A stretch of 64,000 nt of DNA. Origin: Blastocystis sp. Blastoise. Taxonomy: Eukaryota; Protista; Bigyra: Opalinata. The notes beneath the pieces were generated by a model that was not told where the DNA came from, did no database searches, and saw only the letters and a program-made list of their open reading frames with translations. Positions within the stretch are counted from its first letter, which is position 1. Each line of letters begins with the position of its first letter. Both the position numbers and the translations under genes were made by a program. The stretch is from assembly GCA_039096225.1 (NCBI GenBank), contig JBBPEB010000011.1, positions 186,001 to 250,000 on the forward strand, written 5' to 3'. Shown here one piece after another: positions 1 through 16,639 of the stretch.

Positions 1-1272
1 CTGTTGATAATAATAATAATGATAATAATAAGAATAGTATATTAAGAGATACTGATTTGAATTTAGAAGTTCATGAAGAAGAAGAAGAAGAAAAAGAAGA
101 TAATAATAATAATAATGTAGATAATTCTATAGTAAAAGATATTCATTCTCTTCATGAAGATATTGATGTATATAGAGATATACAGGTAACAGAGAATGGA
201 ATGGAATTATGGAAATTATATGAATCTCAAACAGTTGAATTATCAACACGTTTATGTGAGCAATTAAGAATTCTATTAGAACCTTTGAAATCAACTAAAT
301 TAGCTGGTGATTATAAGACAGGAAAACGTATCAATATGCGAAAGATTATACCATTTATTGCTAGTAATTATAAGAAAGATAAAATATGGTTAAGACGTAC
401 AAAGCCAAGTAAACGTGAATATAATATTATTATTGCTCTAGATAATAGTATTTCGATGAAAGAGAATGGAGGTGGTGTTATAGGATTAAAAACAATGGCC
501 CTTATTAGCAAGGCACTTACTCAGGTATGATTATTTATTTATTTTATTTATTTATTTTATTTATTTTATTTATTTTTTATTAATATTATTTTATATATTT
601 AATATATATAATTTAACTATAGTTAGAAGCTGGTCAGTTAGGTGTTTTTTCATTTGGTAATACAGTTAAATATCTTCATTCATTGGATGCACCATTTACT
701 GCAGAATCTGGTGCAAAGATAACAAGTCAATTTACTTTTAATGCAACAGAAACTAATTTTATTTTATCTTTGAAAACATTAAAAGAAATATGTATTGAAG
801 CAAAAGAGAAAGCTCAAGGAGAAGCTAAGAATGCTATTCAAATAGTATTTATGATTAGTGATGGAAGAATAGATGGAGGTACTCGTTATGAAGTAAAACA
901 ATTATTAAGAGAAATGGAAGAAAATAATATTTTAGTTGTTTTACTTATTTGTGATACAAATGGTATATTATTATGCTTATTTATTATTATTATCCAAAAT
1001 AATAATATTATTATTATTATTTGCATACTATTTTATATAATTAAATAAACCTATATCTATATATATATATATATATAGAAACTGGTAATTCAATAGTAGA
1101 TACAAAGATGGTATCTTATAAAGATCGTAAGATGGTAATTAAGTCCTATATGGAAGATTATCCTTTCTCTTATTATCTTATATTACGCGACATACATATA
1201 TTACCCGAATGTTTGTCTGACGCGCTTACTCAATGGTTCCAGCTACTCAATAATAGTAAACAATCATTATAA
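1..1272 (+). CDS. MDN1: Midasin (Rea1) C-terminal acidic tail + VWA/MIDAS domain, 5'-partial, 3 exons
   Basis: LCEQLRILLEP..GDYKTGKRINMRKIIPFIASNYKKDKIWLRRTKPSKREY..DNSISM and ISDG motifs. GT-AG introns 525-621 and 964-1078 join in frame; last exon (..YMEDYPFSYYLI..LPECLSDALTQWFQLL) ends TAA at 1270-1272. Confidence 0.95.
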
Positions 1273-1778
1273 ACTCTATTATTTAGTTATTTACTCTATT
1301 TATATATATATATTGAATTATTTATATTCATTTGTTCTCTATAAAGCATGTATTCTTTTTTTTATAAGATTTCTCTTTTATTCTACTTTTTAATTTTGTT
1401 AATATTTGTTTTTTTAATTTTTATGTGTTCTATTTGTTTTATATGTTTTATCAAATTTATTAATTGTGATTAAATAAAAATTGCTTGTTATGAATTTATA
1501 TATTAATAATTGTATGATTACAATAAAAATTTGATTAAACATAGCACTAATTAAGAATTAATTCTTTTAATTATTAAAACTCAATAATAACTAGAAAAAT
1601 GGAAAAGAAGAGAAGAATTTTGTTAAAAAAAAATGAAAATAGAAAAATGTAATATATATATTAATAATATTTAAATGAATTATAACCAAATAATTATAAT
1701 TTAAAATAAATAATAAAATAATTATATAGCGAATAAATAAATAAAATCCAAATTATAAATAACTATATATATATATAT

Positions 1779-3131
1779 TTAAAAATGGACTTTAATAATA
1801 CCATCACTTTCCTGAGTAAATTTAATGCTATTATTTCGAAGAAAACTTATAACTGCAGGTTTAATAACAGCTTTCTGACCAACACTATATATATATATAT
1901 ATAATGATGAATAAATATAATATTTCTTATAGATATAGAATATAAAAATAATTTTATATATATAACTATATATATATATATACCTATGAATACCTCTTCC
2001 TGTACATAGAAATATATTTCGTTGTTTTATACTTATATTCTTTAAAATAATTTCCTGTAAAATATCTTTTAACTCCGTTGGTTGTAAACCATGTAAATCA
2101 ATCAACTGTCTCCTATGTATATATATATATATATAGTTAAAATGAAATTGATAATATATGTTTAAATAAAAGAAAATAAATTATGAAATATATATATATA
2201 TATATATACGATCGAATCATTTCTTCAATAGTAATACCTCCATTATTTTGATAAAATATTTGCTTGCCCCCTTTGGCGTTAGATATGGCATAATCACGCA
2301 TAAAATGTAAATACTATATATATATATATATATATTATAATAATATTTATCATATATATATATATTATAATAATATATATATATACTTTTTCATAATATA
2401 ATTTAGCTTGAGGTTGATTCCCTCGTCTTTCTTCCGATTTAAATCGTTGTAAATATGCGTACGCTTCTCGTCTCTTTTGGAGGGCATCTGCACGTGCTTC
2501 ATTATATACATCATTCATATATTCTATATATATATTATAATAATATTTATTATATATATATAAGGAATAAGATATATATTATATATATATATATAAGGAA
2601 TAGAAAATACATTATATATATATATAAGGAATAGACAATACATTATATATAAATATAAGAAACAGACAATATATATTATAAATAAATATACTATAACTCT
2701 TTTCATTTTGATAATTATATGTTTGTAATTTTTTATTTCCTTGAACTTGTGATTTATCATATAAATTATAATATTGATTCTTATTAATAAATTGTGCACG
2801 TTCATGTTGATGACGCTTCACTTCCATCGAATATTTCTGTTTAATGACAACTTCTGCGTCATTCTTATTCTGTTGTTTTTGAAAGAAAATCTATAATTAT
2901 ATAATATATATATATAGAATAATGAATAAAAATATAGTATATATGGTATTTATAGTAGTTATATATATATATATATACAGCAGCAACTTCGTTAGTAGGA
3001 AGATAAAAATATTCGGTTTGTAACGATTTTAAATCCTATATATAGTTAGTTAATAATATAATATTATTTATATATATATATATATACATTGAATTTATTA
3101 TTAACTTGTTTTGAATTATCTATATATCATG

Positions 3132-3177
<46 letters not shown>

Positions 3178-3669
3178 TATACCCACAATAAAATTGATAA
3201 CGGATTGAACGTCTTTATTATAAAAACTATATAAGAATTTAAGAAGTGATATATCGAAGTTTTCAAACATTTCTACAAGTATCCAAAAGTTTTTACTATA
3301 TATATATAATAAAATAATATTTTATAAATATAAATACTTGAAATATGTATACAATATATATATGACTATAAAATATAAAAATTATATATATATACTCATC
3401 AAATAATTCAGGATTCTTTTCTAATTCGCCATAAATATCCACGGGAATTTCATCATCTGGCCAATCATCATCATCATTAAATGGATTCCCGTGATTATTT
3501 GGAGACGAATTTGGTTTTTCTTTATAAATAATTTGTTTATAATTAAGAGGTTTGTTGGTAGAAGCAATAATAGGTAAAGAAGGCATAGAAGGAACAGTAG
3601 ATTTAGAAGAAACAACATTAGGTGTATTAGACCATATTGTTTGACTTATATTCGATTTCTTTGTAGATA

Positions 3670-3740
<71 letters not shown>

Positions 3741-5062
3741 GAAATAGAGGATAAAGTAGAAATAGACGATACAGGTGTTGATATAATATCATTTTCTTCA
3801 TCACCCTCTTCTTCATCTTCATCGTCATACGATTGAGATGAATTTCTATGTCGATTTCGTCGTCTTCTTTTCTTTTTCCTTTGACTTTCTTCATCAAAGA
3901 AATGATATTCTTCTTTATTATTCTTATTATTATTATTATTCTTATTATTCTCATTATTATTATTATTCTTATTCTTAATCTTATTCTTCTCTTTCAATTT
4001 CATATTATTATTCCCGCGATTCATCATATCAACTTCACTATAAACAGCATAAGGTTCATCACTACAAGAAGGAAGAGGGTTATATAAACTCTCGGCATCT
4101 GGCTTTAATATATATCCATAACCATTGATACATTCAGCGTCTTCTTCACGAACATAACCATAACATTCTACCCATACATATAATACATTATCAAATAGCT
4201 TATCTGGATGCTCCTGAAATAGACTAAGACTATTATTAGTATTAGTATTAACCAAATTATTATTATTATTATTATTATTTAATATATTATCTGATTTCTT
4301 ATTATCTGAAATATTATTATTATTATTATCATTACCAGCAATACCATTATTATTATTAACATCAACAATAAAACTATTATTATTATTCTTATTCTTAATA
4401 ATAACATTATTATTAATACTATCTTGTGTTTCAAAATCTAGAGGAAGAAAAGAAGGTAGAAAATTATTCTTACTATCATAATGTAAACTAGATTTTGATT
4501 CTAGAGAATAACAATAAATACATATAATTATTTAATAAACAACATAGAAAAAAAAAAACATATAATTATTTAATAAAAAACTAGAAAAAAAACATATAAT
4601 TATTTAATAAAAAACTTAGAAAAAAAAACTAGAAAAAAACACATATATACCTTCATTTTTACTTTTAATCATTGGAGATATACTTTTCTTATCATTTCGT
4701 TTCAGACTAGAAGAGAAACATAAACCTTGACTCGTATAGAAAGTACAAAACGAAGATAAAGAACTTAATTGATCAAAAATATCTTTTCTTATAAAAGTAG
4801 CATCAGAATATTGATTCGAAGTAAATTCATTCTCTACTAGATCAATTGACGGTCCTACCGAAAGAGTATTTCTCACTAAATATATTTTTGTTGTATCGTT
4901 CATACAAAAATCACAACAAACTAAACGTAACTACACAATAAATCTTTAAATATCGCTTATAATCTATCAATATCAAAAAATAAATTATAAAACAACGTGA
5001 TAATAGAGTACAACTATCGAAAACTCCAAAAACTACGTTTTTTTATTGATAGGAGTTTTCAT
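1779..5062 (-). CDS. Smr-domain protein (CUE-like + DUF1771 + C-terminal Smr), multi-exon; 5' end uncertain
   Basis: C-terminal IDLHGL..CTGRGIH|SVGQKAVIKPAV..FL..GIIKV is an Smr domain, preceded by the helical YNEARADA..AKLYYEK exon. Upstream exons are Asn-rich. The start is tentatively placed at the ATG at 5062; 4903 is an alternative. Confidence 0.75.
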
Positions 5063-5805
5063 TTACAAAATAATCATGATTTTTTTTTTTTCCAATTTAA
5101 AATAAAATTGTATGTTTGTGTTTTTAATTTATTTTTTACTTGATAGGTCTATTTACGACTTATTTTTATATGAAATACTATGTTAGAAATCAAATGAATA
5201 GAATTATATGATAATAAGAACCATAAATAGGTAATTAACATTGGTTGTCTTTATTCTTTAAAGCTTCTTAACAAAGTGATATATATATATTATGCCATAG
5301 ATCTTTTCAATATAGTTCAATTAGTTTTATTACAAATCAAACTCACCATTTCCATAAATGGAACTGTTTTCTTATTTATATATACTATTTTATTGAAGAA
5401 GACTATCAATCAATTTTGTTAACATATATCTCAGCTATACATGAACAGATTTACAAAAAAATATAAACAAAAAAGAAAGTGTTAGAATTGATATAAAAAA
5501 AAGAATACAATTAAAGAGAATGCAACTGATTATATATATATACAAATATTTAAAAAAGTGAATTTAAAAAAGAAGAAAAAGCAAAAACAAATAATAAACA
5601 AATAATGAAGAAAAAAATTAAAAAGAAATAATAACAACAAAAAAATTAAGAAAATGAAAATGAAAAAAAAATGGATAAGAGTTCATCAAAAATTTAAAAT
5701 TTATATATATACTATATATATATATATATATATATATAGATCGTTATAAAAAGAAATGAATTGAATAACATTTAAAAAAAAAATCTTTTACAAAAATAGA
5801 TAAAC

Positions 5806-6575
5806 TCAATCATCCCAAGTAATCATAAAACGAACAATTCTAGGTTGATCATAAAGTATATTTCTTTCAATATTTTCATATGAAGATATATTTCCATGAT
5901 GTGTTAATTCATTATTTAAATAATAGCCTACTCTAAAGAATTGTTGATCATTATAAGAACAAGTGATGATAATTGCAGTAGGACCAAGAAGATGCTCTTG
6001 AGGAATATTTGATGGATCTGGAGGATCTGCCTATTGAAATGAATTATATAAATAAGAAATAGGATAAAGACTAATGCTTAAGATAAATTTTAAAATTATG
6101 TAAATATGAAATAGGATAAAGACTAATGCTTAAGATAAATATTTAAAATTATATAAATATGAAATAGGATAAAAACTAATGCTTAAGATAAATAGTTAAA
6201 ATTATATAAATATGAAATAGGATAAACACTAATGCTTAAGATAAATTTTAAAATTATGTAAATATATATATAAAAAAAAGAAGATAACTATTATTTACTT
6301 GTAAATAAAATTTATGTGTTCCTTTTGTGACTGGTCCAACAGTTAAGATATCTAGTATTTGATCATCATCTTGAGATTCTGGATTTGTAATATAAGTTAG
6401 CTTCCATTCTAGGTCTATATGAAATGAGCACAATAATTAAAATGAATTATTTTTCTCAAAATATACCTGACCGAAGATCTTTGAGGCTTTCAAATAAGAT
6501 TTCAAATTGAAATGGGCTTGTAAAAACAGCCGGATTATTAAATACATTAATATTCAGAATATTAACTGCCTGCAT
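5806..6575 (-). CDS. ASF1: Histone chaperone ASF1, 3 exons (missed by the ORF track)
   Basis: Spliced translation: MQAVNILNINVFNNPAVFTSPFQFEILFESLKDLRS-DLEWKLTYI..DDDQILDILTVGPVTKGTHKFYLQ-ADPPDPSNIP..LLGPTAIIITCSYNDQQFFRVGYYLNN..RNILYDQPRIVRFMITWDD*. Both introns are GT-AG. Confidence 0.93.
6056..6265. repeat. 52-53 bp minisatellite x4 in ASF1 intron 2
   Basis: Unit gaaataggataaagactaatgcttaagataaattttaaaattatgtaaatat starts at 6056, 6108, 6161 and 6214. Confidence 0.95.
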
Positions 6576-7477
6576 GAGCCAATGTATGTATCTGAATATA
6601 AGCTACCAAATATATGTATTTAATACTATAGAAAGTTATCCTTTGAAGATAAAAGAAGTAAAAATATACTTTTAAAAAGACCTTGTTTTTAACATACAAT
6701 TGAGACGAGAATCGCGATAAACAATATGATTTTGGCAGAAACAAATTAAAAATTCCTTAAAAAAGAGGGAAAAGGTTTTGACAGACATATTTTATTTTCC
6801 CACGAAATCTTGCGGGTTTTTAGCGAATAACCTTCGTTCTTTCATGGTAAAGTTATTTTTTTATTTATTTGAATATACTTGTTAGTTTATAACAACTTTA
6901 TTATTTTAAAGTGTGTTTTAGTAGTTGTTCAATAAAGATGAAGAATTCTATCGAAAAATAAATCATTTTATCTAATGACATGATGGATTTATTCGTTATA
7001 CTGTCTCATTTTTAATACTATTTGTTTATTTCATATGTGAAATATTGTCTTGAATTGGTTTTATATGTAATTTAGTATTCTTTTCAATTTTAGTTGTTGA
7101 TTAAATGAAAAGTTATGACTTTTATGTAAAAAGAGTTTATTATAATGTTTAATAAATGCAGTCAAGAGAGAATAATAAATTATAAAAAGAAATAGAATAA
7201 TAAACTAATAAAAGTAACATATAACGTAATGATCTATATTCGTAGCTTTTAAAAATAAAATATAAAACTAATGATAACCCAAATAAATATATATATTTGT
7301 CTTTTCTATTGAAATAGATCTATAGATGATAAAATGTAAAATATATTAAAAGAAAAAAAGACATCAAATGTTGATGACTCTTTTAAAAATAATGACTATT
7401 TAAATATATAAATATATTATTAAATATATAAATTTAAAGAAACACTAGATATATATAATATTAATAGGCAATATACT

Positions 7478-10394
<2,917 letters not shown>

Positions 10395-11255
10395 TCTTCT
10401 ATTGATTAAAAATAAATTGATTATTAAAAAAGCAAAATAATTCTAAAGAAGAAAACGCTCATGGCAAGATTCATGGTAAACACTCATTTCTCATATAGAA
10501 AAACGATTAAAATCATAATTATTCTCTTTTCTTTATTTTTTTATCAAATATTTTGTTGAAAACATCTTAATGTTTTTCAGATTCTTATTTAATATCAATT
10601 CAGTATAGGTTAATTAATGCTGAAAATGAAATTTTTTATTGACTCTTTCTTCATTATTACTCTTCTTTTTGGGCTAAAAATAGAATTTTCAAATACTCAT
10701 AGATCACAGAATTTATATATACATAAGAAACGGTTTTTAAAAATAAATTCATTTTTTAGTCACTACCATTTTGATCATTATATGAATGATTTTATCATAT
10801 ACACTTCTTAAATTGCATTCAATCAATTACTGTTTCTTATATTTAAAAAAAAAATCACTATTTATTATAATAAATGTATAATTCAGATTTACTTGCTCTT
10901 TATGAATAATCTTCTTCATAGACACACTATATTCAATTCCCTACGTATTTTGATATTATTAATACTTTTTCATTATTGATTATAAAAAAATATCTAATTA
11001 ATTGTATAAAAACTTTCATATATTTTTAAATACTAGATAAATGAATATTTATAATCATATAAAAACAAAGAGTTGATGCTATAAAATGAGAATGAATAAA
11101 CAATCACTTTTATTATTTATCATCACTCAATCTACATATATATTATCCTATAAAAATATGAATAATAAAAAACAAAAATAAATGTGATATACATAACTAA
11201 TTTTTAAAATAAAAATTATAAATAAAAACAACAATAATTTATTATTTTAATAATT

Positions 11256-12110
11256 TTATTCAAATGTTCTTCCAAAAGCTGCGGCACCGTCAATAACAAT
11301 TCGAGGTAAATCAAAAGGATCATGAAATTCAACAGATTCCCAATTATTTGGAAGACTATATTTTTGAGCTATTTCTTTAGCACGTTCTAAATATCCTTTA
11401 TAAGTAGCAGTAGAACCACCTATAACAATATGTTTAGGATTAAATAAATTAATCATAGAAGCTATAACTAATCCAAAGAAAAAACCTCCTTTACGAATAA
11501 CAGAAAGAGCTTTTGAATCATTTTCTTCTAATAATCGATGAAATGTAGGAGCATCACAATTCATTTCTTTCAATAATGCAGCACCACTTACAAAATCATC
11601 AGATAATTGAACACTATCTTCCATATTCTCACAATCAGGATTCCCTATAAACATTGGAATATGGCCAGCTTCAGTAGAAAAACCTTTATCACCATCAACA
11701 AAAGTACCATTAGATTTAATACCACAACCTAAGCCAGTACCTACAACAAAAACAATAAGAGAAGTATCTTTAGGATAATGTTCTGCTTCAGCATAAATAG
11801 CTGCTTTTCCATCATTAATGAAATGAAATATAGATCCATCAATATTCAACATTTCTTCAGATAAACCTTCCATTTGTGGAGAATTATCAGCTCTAATTAA
11901 AACACCATTTTCAATTAAACCAGGAACAGCCATCCCAATATGTTTTGGTTTAAATGGAACTTTCTTAAGAAGATCATGGACCAACTTTTGAATTTCTTTT
12001 GGACCAGCATCATCACCAGAAGGAACTTTTTCTGTATATCTTTTTCCTTCATATTCATAGCACATCAATAACTTGGTACCTCCAAGATCAAATGAAACGT
12101 AATTTGACAT
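11256..12110 (-). CDS. ROK-family sugar kinase, intronless
   Basis: DLGGTK phosphate-1 motif, GMAVPG, NDGKAA, VGTGLGCG, EAGH, FNPKHIVIGG, GAA. Single 284-aa ORF. Confidence 0.92.
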   Translation of the reverse strand: MSNYVSFDLGGTKLLMCYEYEGKRYTEKVPSGDDAGPKEIQKLVHDLLKKVPFKPKHIGMAVPGLIENGVLIRADNSPQMEGLSEEMLNIDGSIFHFINDGKAAIYAEAEHYPKDTSLIVFVVGTGLGCGIKSNGTFVDGDKGFSTEAGHIPMFIGNPDCENMEDSVQLSDDFVSGAALLKEMNCDAPTFHRLLEENDSKALSVIRKGGFFFGLVIASMINLFNPKHIVIGGSTATYKGYLERAKEIAQKYSLPNNWESVEFHDPFDLPRIVIDGAAAFGRTFE

Positions 12111-12779
12111 CTTTCTTAACTAAACAACAAAAAAATAAGTTGTATTTTTATTTCTATTTCTTTTTTTAAGAACATTGTTTTTATTCTGTTTCCCTTTGAA
12201 ATTTTCATAATAATCATGAATCTTTTTTTAATTATTGTTTTATCATTTAAATGAGTGTTCATCATATTCATGTGTTATATTCTAATAAAACTCAATTCAT
12301 AAATGTTTCAAATATCCAGATGTAGTCTCATTTTTACTTTATTTTTATGAAAATGGAAATCCAATGATCAAAAAATAGCAATGTCTTTCAAATTGCAATT
12401 TGAAAATAAAGATATCGCTGATCACTTTTATGAGAACAAAAGAATAATTAATTACATTACTATAGTACATAAACAGAATCATTTAAGAAGAGAAAAATGT
12501 AAATTTTAAAAGTTTTAAAATAATATATATTATATTATGAAGAAGGTTTCTATACTATTAAAAATAGAACCAGAAAATATTATACTATAATAATTAAGAC
12601 ATATGTAGAAATACTACTTAAAGAACAATATTATTCTTTTTAGAAAAAAGTAATAAAAATATGAAATCAGAGAAATACAATGTAAATAAATTGAAGAATA
12701 TCTAATAAGTATCAAATAGATATAAATAAGTATATGAGTTATTTGTTATAGATAAATATATATAAATATAACAGTATAT

Positions 12780-14696
12780 TTATTGACTTGGTAATAAAGA
12801 TTCTTTTAATTCTTTTTCTTGTTTGTTTATATTCATAGTTCGTCTAGAGAAACTCATCCAACTATCATCATATCGATCAAAATCAATCAGATTCTCACGG
12901 GAATCCGAGACTTCTTGTCGTGTATTTTCGTTCTTTAAATCAAAAAAGTATGTTGAGTCATATTCAGGTTGTATATAATATTCATTATATAACTCTTGCT
13001 GACGAACACGAATCTATATATATATATATGTTTATATAGATTCTTAAAGAATAGAGATAGATAATATAAATAAACAATTGTAGATATTTATATATACCAT
13101 AAATTGTCGAATATGATTCAATAGTATAATTCGAGGATAACAACGTGTTTCAACATTGTTATGACCAGCATTGTCCTATATATTCGATTTATTCGAGTTA
13201 TTCGATTTATATTATTATTATATTATATTAATAATAATAATATTAACATAATTAAATAGATTCAAAAGAGTATATAATATTATTATATATAAACAATTTA
13301 AAAGAATAATACTAAATATATACAACAAATAGGATATCATTTCTATATTTCTGTTGAACCGCCATATATAAGCGCTATAATATATAAGTGATATTATTAT
13401 ATACATATATAATATTATATATATAAAGAATAACAATATATATAATGAATATACATATAAATAATAATAACTTATTCAAGACTATGTATATATTTTATAA
13501 TATCATTTTTATATACCTGAGTGTGTTTTCGAGGAATCAAATTGTCCTGATTCCCGTGAATAAACAATATAGGGCATTCAATATATCCAATCTAAAATAT
13601 TCATATAAATAATATAATATAAATACACAATTCATGAATCATAGAATTTATATGAATAAACATAGAATATATTTCTATATATATACAATATCAATAGTTC
13701 TATACATATCTGATTTACGTTTCGTTCTAAAGTCAATACCAATACTATATACAGATGTAAATGCACTCTATAAAGTATATATAATATAATAGTAAATAAT
13801 ATAATATAAATATCAATAAAATAATATAATAGTATATAATATACTATAATATAATATAAATATCAATAAAATAATATAATAGTATATAATATACTATAAT
13901 ATATATACCTGTAAAATAAGTCCTGCAGGAGGAATGCCCTTATTTGTTAAATAATACGCAAGATGACTTGCAATAGCTGTTCCTAACGAATGACCGTATC
14001 TATATGGATATCGAATAATATTTACATTATAATAACAACAATCATTATATAATAAAATAACTTTTTTATAACAAGAATAACTCTTTTATAACAAAAATAT
14101 TCATATAATCATAAAAATATAAATTAATAAAACGAATATATATACAAGACAATATTTTTGGGGTCTAATTTAATCACAGTTAATACATGATTAATTAACC
14201 GTTCAGCACATCGTTTTAATTGAGGTTCTGTACATTCTCCACTAATTATATAAACATAGATCATGTATTTGAATCAAATATATATAAAAATATATATACC
14301 TTGTTTGACCATATCCAGGATAATCAAAAGATATGACATTCACTCCAAATGTATAGGATAACCAATGTAAATAAAAATACCTATATATAATATATGCGTA
14401 CCTTATTATATATATCATATCTATATAAAAATATATACGTAGAAAACAAATCTTCAGCATTTCCATGCATGTAAATAAAAGTCAACGGAAGATTTCGATT
14501 AATAAAAACAGCAGCTATTTTTCCATCTGGTGTCAAACTATAAAATTAACAAAAATAAATAAAAAAATTCAATAAACCATATAAAAAAATACATTTCAAA
14601 ATAAGAATCTTTAAATCTTGAATGATAACTTGGATATCCTGCTTTTGGAGGTAAGTATAATACCTTTGAAACTAATTTTGAAACGATTATTCCCAT
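12780..14696 (-). CDS. Alpha/beta hydrolase, ABHD17/ABHD13-like, multi-exon
   Basis: Spliced motifs: MG start, YMHGNAED, FDYPGYG, YGHSLGT (catalytic Ser), FIHGNQD (Asp), AGHNNVE (His). Introns are GT-AG. Confidence 0.88.
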
Positions 14697-16619
14697 TTAG
14701 TAAAGCCTGGATGAGCTCCAAATCCTTCAATTTAATATTCAGATCAATAATAAACTTCCTCTGTTGCCGCAAGTATACTAAGCAACTATTGAAAGTAAAC
14801 TGAAAACAAAAACTAACTATATTATTATTTCCAAAAATAAAATTATTTTTTCTTTAATAAATCTTTATAGAATCATGGTTAAACTTTTTTTATCCAACTT
14901 TATATGATTTTGGGGGGGTCTTTACTTATTTGTTGATGTATTTTGTAGAAAACCATATAGGGAAGGATATATAAAAGCATGTTTTCAACAAAAATGCACT
15001 TTCAATCAAATTTTTTTAAATGATAATTAAATATCCTATTAGTTTTTTGTGTGTTATTTATGAATTTGAAAGATGCAATGGATTTATTAATAAAATAAAC
15101 ATTTAATAATACCAAATCTACTTAAATTGGAACAACATGAACTATGTCATTCTATATATTATAAAGACGAAGTATAAATATAAGAATAAAAATAAGAATG
15201 TTTTCAACAATGAATTTATTTGTAATTTTAGTTTATTTCTTTGAACAAAGATAATAAACTTTTTATAAGTATTTCTATAAAATATTTTTGATAAACTATC
15301 TAATCACTATACAACTATTATTGTATTAATAATAATAATTATATATTTATAATATTATCACTAATAAGAATTATCAAAAAGGAGCAGTATCATCGATAAA
15401 CTAACCATAATTGTCTAATGTCAGAATTCTTAAAGAAACTATTTTTAAGGAATCCAATAGTAATTATCTAGAATGATCATTAAAATATTTTATAATGAAA
15501 TAAAACTTATATTATTAATGAAACTGATCAAAATCATACGCTTTCTCTGTTGTTAGTTTCATAGAATATAATTCTTATGTTTATCTACTTTAGAAGATGG
15601 TCATTAAATGGAGAATAAATATATTTCAATTCAAACAAACATTATAAATCTTCTTTTTCGGTTGAGTATATGTGTTTTAATAAATGAGTGAAGTATTCTA
15701 CATAAAAATTATACTCAATAAAAAACAAGTTCTTAATATTTTGAGATAATTCTTCATTCTTCATTTTTTTTTCATATTTAGTTTTTATACTAACATATAT
15801 ATATGCTATTTTGAATAATTAATATATTCTAGAGAATAATACTAAGTGTTTCTGTTTATTCTCAATTTAAAATAAACTTTTTATCTTCATGTATTGAATT
15901 CATATAACATCATATATATTAACTAAATCAAACACCATTTATAATAATTAATTATTCCGCTTTTATTCACTTGCTTTCTATAATTATAAAGGTATTTTTC
16001 CTTTTTATATATCAATATATCATATATAATCATGAAGCGAGTAATTTCAATAGGAAATTTGAAGATAAATGAATGTTTTGCATTTGTTAATTGAGTTTTT
16101 TTATTTATATTTAGAAATTGAATATAGTTTTACATATATATTCAGCTCTTTATATATGAATAAACAAATAGTTTAAAAGGTTCAACAATGAATCTGTGAC
16201 AAATAAATCACAAATAATAATTGAATAAAAAGTCCAGTTTTTGTTTCCAGTTTTTCCATAAATCAATACTTTTTTATATTATTTATTTTATCCATAATTT
16301 ATTTAAAGTTCTTCTTTTTAAAGTTATTTTATTTGTACATAATATGGAAGCAGAAATATTAGCTGTATCAGCTTATATATTATTCGTGTGTCATTTGAAC
16401 AACAAAAATAAACCTGACATGGGATAATGTTAGTTTAATTGTATAAATTGCATAGATCATGTATATTTAATAGTTTATATATACATTAGTCAAATTAAAA
16501 TCATGATTACTATGCATATATATGTTTTTATTTCTTATTTTTGTCGCTATATCTCATTTTATTCTTTTGTTTTGTTTTTTATTCAATGAAACAACATAAA
16601 TAATAGTAGTTATGACATT

Positions 16620-16639
16620 CACTAGTAGGCAGGTTTTTT
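16620..16639 (+). repeat. Left terminal inverted repeat of the CACTA element
   Basis: CACTAGTAGGCAGGTTTTTT, preceded by ATT. Confidence 0.96.

Noticed and set aside
6056-6265. Regular ~52-bp repeats resembling a CRISPR array
   Set aside because: The units are contiguous with no unique spacers and lie inside a spliceosomal intron. The Cas4-like Fe-S nuclease at 43-44 kb is fused to a UvrD fold and unlinked.
15380-15720. Coding-like minus-strand fragments (..EYFTHLLKHIY.., ..DIRQLWLVYR..) suggesting a decayed gene
   Set aside because: Short, interrupted by stops, and no family could be recognised with confidence; needs tBLASTn.
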